A stretch of DNA of 36,107 nt from the IMG/VR virus record IMGVR_UViG_3300025502_000077, one strand, 5' to 3'. The first letter of the stretch is position 1. Each line of letters opens with the position of its first letter. The stretch comes from a virus. The notes below the pieces were generated by a model. It made no database searches, was not told the DNA's origin, and saw only the letters and a list, made by a program, of their open reading frames with translations. Shown one piece after another: positions 33,801 to 36,107 of this stretch. The translations under genes and the position numbers were made by a program.

Positions 33801-34733
33801 ATGGCAACTTCAGTATATCCCAATATGGGCGGAGCAGTGACTAACACTAGCGCCGCTAAGTTCATCCCTGAAATCTGGAGCGACGAAGTAATCGCTGCAT
33901 ACAAGTCTAACCTCATTATGGCTAACGCCGTTAAGAAGATGAGCATGACTGGTAAGAAAGGTGATGTCATTCACGTACCTAAGCCTACTCGTGGTCAGGC
34001 TCACGCCAAAGCTGCTGGCACTGCTGTAACCATCCAGAACACTGTTGAGTCAGAAGTTCTGATCACTATCAACAAGCACTTTGAATTCTCTCGTTTGATC
34101 GAAGACATTACCGAAGTACAGGCTCTTGCTTCTCTTCGTCAGTTCTACACTGGTGATGCAGGCTATGGTCTGGCTAAGCAGGTTGATGACGATCTGTTTG
34201 AGCTTGGTAAGTCTTTCGGTAACGGTGACGGTTCTTCTTGGGTCAACACTGGTTCTTACCAGATTAACACTTCTTCCGGTGCTCTTGAAGCATATGACGC
34301 TGATGGCACTGCTGACGTTGGTGCTTTCTCTGACGCGGTTTTCCGTGGTTTGATTCAGAAGATGGATGACGCAGACGTTCCTATGGATGGTCGTACTTTC
34401 GTTGTGCCACCTTCTTTGCGCAACGCAATCATGGGTGTTGAGCGTTATAACTCTGCTGACTTCGTAGACGGCAAAGGCACTGTTACTGGCAAGATCGGTA
34501 ACCTATACGGTGTTGACGTTCTTGTATCTAGCAACGTACCTACTCTTGAGACTGGCGTTCGTGGCGCACAGCTTATCCACAAGGACACCAATGTTCTTGC
34601 AGAGCAGCAGGGTGTTCGTTCACAGACTCAGTACAAACAGGAGTTCTTGGGAACTTTGTACACTGCTGATACTCTGTACGGCACTCAGGTTATGCGTCCA
34701 GAAGCAGGCTTTACCCTAGCAGTCTTAGGCTAA
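33801..34733 (+). CDS. Major capsid protein (310 aa, HK97-fold type)
   Basis: AKFIPEIWSDEV N-terminal motif and GDVIHVPKP are typical of podoviral major capsid proteins. The gene has a strong RBS, biased codon usage, and a strong terminator downstream. Confidence 0.8.
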   Translation: MATSVYPNMGGAVTNTSAAKFIPEIWSDEVIAAYKSNLIMANAVKKMSMTGKKGDVIHVPKPTRGQAHAKAAGTAVTIQNTVESEVLITINKHFEFSRLIEDITEVQALASLRQFYTGDAGYGLAKQVDDDLFELGKSFGNGDGSSWVNTGSYQINTSSGALEAYDADGTADVGAFSDAVFRGLIQKMDDADVPMDGRTFVVPPSLRNAIMGVERYNSADFVDGKGTVTGKIGNLYGVDVLVSSNVPTLETGVRGAQLIHKDTNVLAEQQGVRSQTQYKQEFLGTLYTADTLYGTQVMRPEAGFTLAVLG

Positions 34734-34747
34734 GCAAGTAACAAACT

Positions 34748-34784
34748 GGGGATTCTTCGGAGTCCCCTTTCTTTTCTTTTGTTT
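34748..34784 (+). terminator. Rho-independent terminator after the capsid gene (UUCG tetraloop)
   Basis: GGGGATTC-TTCG-GAGTCCCC (8 bp, one G-U pair), followed by TTTCTTTTCTTTTGTTT. Confidence 0.85.
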
Positions 34785-34798
34785 CCGTAGGAGCTACA

Positions 34799-35815
34799 AT
34801 GGCTATATTTAGAGGAGATGGAGGTGCTGGAGATTCCAACACAGACTCCACTCTTAACTTAGTTACTGCCCAAGCTGTTATAGCCACTACGAAAGCAAGC
34901 GATGCAGCCGCTAGTGCCGTAAGTGCTAGTGACTCAGCTACAAGTGCAACAACATCTAAAGATGCAGCAGCTACCTCAGCTACCAATGCAGCTAACTCTG
35001 CACAAGGTGTTGAGAGCGCTGCCACAGCGGCCACAGCAAGTGCTACAGCAGCGTCTACGTCAGAAACTAACGCAGCCACAAGCGCCACAGCGTCAGCTAC
35101 ATCAGCTACAGCTGCTAGTGCCTCTCAGACAGCTTCTAGTGCCTCTGAGAGCAACGCAAGCACATCGGCCACCACTGCCACTACTAAAGCCTCAGAAGCG
35201 GCTACAAGCGCATCTAATGCGTCTACAAGCGCTTCTACGGCAACGACCAAAGCATCAGAGGCGGCGACTAGTGCAAGCAATGCCTCAACCTCCGAAAGCA
35301 ATGCTGCTACGTCAGCCTCTGGTGCATCTACTTCCGCTACAAACGCAGCTAACTCTGCAACAGCATCTGCTGCCTCTGCTAGCGGTGCTGCTACATCTGC
35401 TACTAACGCTGCTAACAGTGCTACAGCGGCTGGTACGTCTGAGACTAACGCAGCAACAAGTGCTACAAGTGCTTCTACTAGCGCAACAGCAGCTGCAGCC
35501 TCTGAGACAGCAGCAGCGACTAGTGCAACTACAGCCATAACTAAGGCTAGTGAATCTAGTACCTCAGCAGCTAACGCAGCTACAAGCGCATCTACGGCCT
35601 CTACACAGGCTACTAATGCAGCCACTAGCGCAACTGCTGCGGCTAACAGTGCTACAGCTGCTTCTACCAGCGAGACTAACGCAGCTACATCAGAGACTAA
35701 CGCAGCTGGCAGTGCTACATCAGCAGCTAACAGTGCAGCAGCAGCTATAGTAACTCTTTCTAATCTTAACGCAGACAACATGACTACTGGTACACTCAAC
35801 GGTGGAACTTACTAA
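34799..35815 (+). CDS. Fibre protein made almost entirely of Ala/Ser/Thr 'tail fibre repeats' (lambda Stf-like), 338 aa
   Basis: AGGAG RBS. The N-terminus MAIFRGDGGAGDS is followed by ~290 aa of ..SETNAATSATSASTSATAA.. repeats like those of lambda Stf (Phage_fiber_2 type). The protein ends ...GTLNGGTY. Confidence 0.7.
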   Translation: MAIFRGDGGAGDSNTDSTLNLVTAQAVIATTKASDAAASAVSASDSATSATTSKDAAATSATNAANSAQGVESAATAATASATAASTSETNAATSATASATSATAASASQTASSASESNASTSATTATTKASEAATSASNASTSASTATTKASEAATSASNASTSESNAATSASGASTSATNAANSATASAASASGAATSATNAANSATAAGTSETNAATSATSASTSATAAAASETAAATSATTAITKASESSTSAANAATSASTASTQATNAATSATAAANSATAASTSETNAATSETNAAGSATSAANSAAAAIVTLSNLNADNMTTGTLNGGTY

Positions 35816-35827
35816 AGGTATTTAAAC

Positions 35828-36107
35828 ATGGCAACAAAAATTGTAACTAAAAATAGCTCCACAGCTTCGAGCGTACCTACAGCAGCGCAGCTTGTTCAAG
35901 GAGAGCTGGCGGTCAACGTAGCGGACAAGCGGCTATATACTGAAGATAACGCAGGTGCTGTTGTTTTGCTGGCTGACGGCACTAAGCTAGATGGCATTGA
36001 AGCCTTAGCAGATGTTACAGATGTAACCAACGTCACAGCCGCTGGTGCTTTGATGGACTCAGAGCTTACTAGCATTGCAAGCGTTAAAGCTCTTGACCAA
36101 GGCGTAG
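35828..36107 (+). CDS. Tail fibre protein, N-terminal part (continues at nt 128 via the duplicated junction)
   Basis: The ATG at 35828 gives MATKIVTKNSSTASSVPTAAQLVQGELAVNVADKRLYTEDNAGAVV..., a conserved fibre N-terminal motif. It is in phase with ORF 1-1833. Confidence 0.85.
   Translation, partial: MATKIVTKNSSTASSVPTAAQLVQGELAVNVADKRLYTEDNAGAVVLLADGTKLDGIEALADVTDVTNVTAAGALMDSELTSIASVKALDQGV
35981..36107. repeat. Right copy of the 127-bp exact duplication (identical to 1-127)
   Basis: Same string as 1-127. The offset of 35,980 keeps the reading frame of the fibre ORF. Confidence 0.95.

Noticed and set aside
34711-35799. Long ORFs overlapping the Stf-like fibre gene in other frames or on the other strand (34711-35088 -, 34923-35540 +, 35125-35799 -, 35550-35750 +)
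   Set aside because: They arise from the GCN/TCN/ACN repeat composition. Only the 34799 frame has an AGGAG RBS and a non-repetitive N- and C-terminus.
35828-36107. The fibre N-terminal motif (QGELAVN..D.RLY) recalls receptor-binding proteins of phages carrying diversity-generating retroelements
   Set aside because: There is no reverse transcriptase ORF anywhere, and no template/variable repeat pair with A-specific mismatches was seen.
1-36107. Searched by eye for tRNA genes, an integrase or repressor lysogeny module, and toxin-antitoxin-like pairs
   Set aside because: No T-loop (GTTCGAATC-like) context outside CDSs, no tyrosine or serine recombinase motifs, and nothing supportable. The phage looks strictly lytic.

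Overview
The window is a complete, circularly closed phage genome of about 35,980 bp. Positions 1-127 are repeated exactly at 35981-36107, and a tail-fibre gene reads in frame across that junction. The gene content is that of a tailed, podovirus-like dsDNA phage with a T7-type replisome. I could not recognise a phage RNA polymerase or an integrase.

Two divergent transcription units leave a ~1.1-kb control region (26.7-27.9 kb) and converge on one bidirectional terminator (15100-15133).
- Minus strand (27.1 -> 15.2 kb): small early ORFs, gp4-like primase-helicase, family A DNA polymerase, gp2.5-like SSB, 5'-3' exonuclease, two HNH endonucleases, metallophosphoesterase, DUF3310-like protein, and a monomeric class II (B12) ribonucleotide reductase.
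- Plus strand (27.9 kb -> junction -> 15.1 kb): TerS-like protein, M15 peptidase endolysin, TerL, portal, scaffold and major capsid protein, followed by a strong terminator. Downstream come Stf-like and S74-chaperone tail fibres, four small membrane (holin-like) proteins, a 1346-aa hyper-repetitive protein, tail-tubular-like proteins and three large internal/ejection-type proteins.

Most worth a second look:
1. The 1346-aa protein. It combines a ~550-aa Ala/Glu/Arg helix built from exact nucleotide repeats with 29 collagen triplets, including a perfect 9-bp x12 microsatellite.
2. Two paralogous structured ~100-nt elements, each placed just downstream of a near-consensus sigma70 promoter. One leads the late operon; the other points antisense inside the early operon.
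3. An origin-like non-coding region with two tandem perfect DnaA boxes, G-rich repeats and a recurring ACTATAGAG / CTCTATAGAG motif.

All homology statements are from reading motifs by eye; no database search was run.
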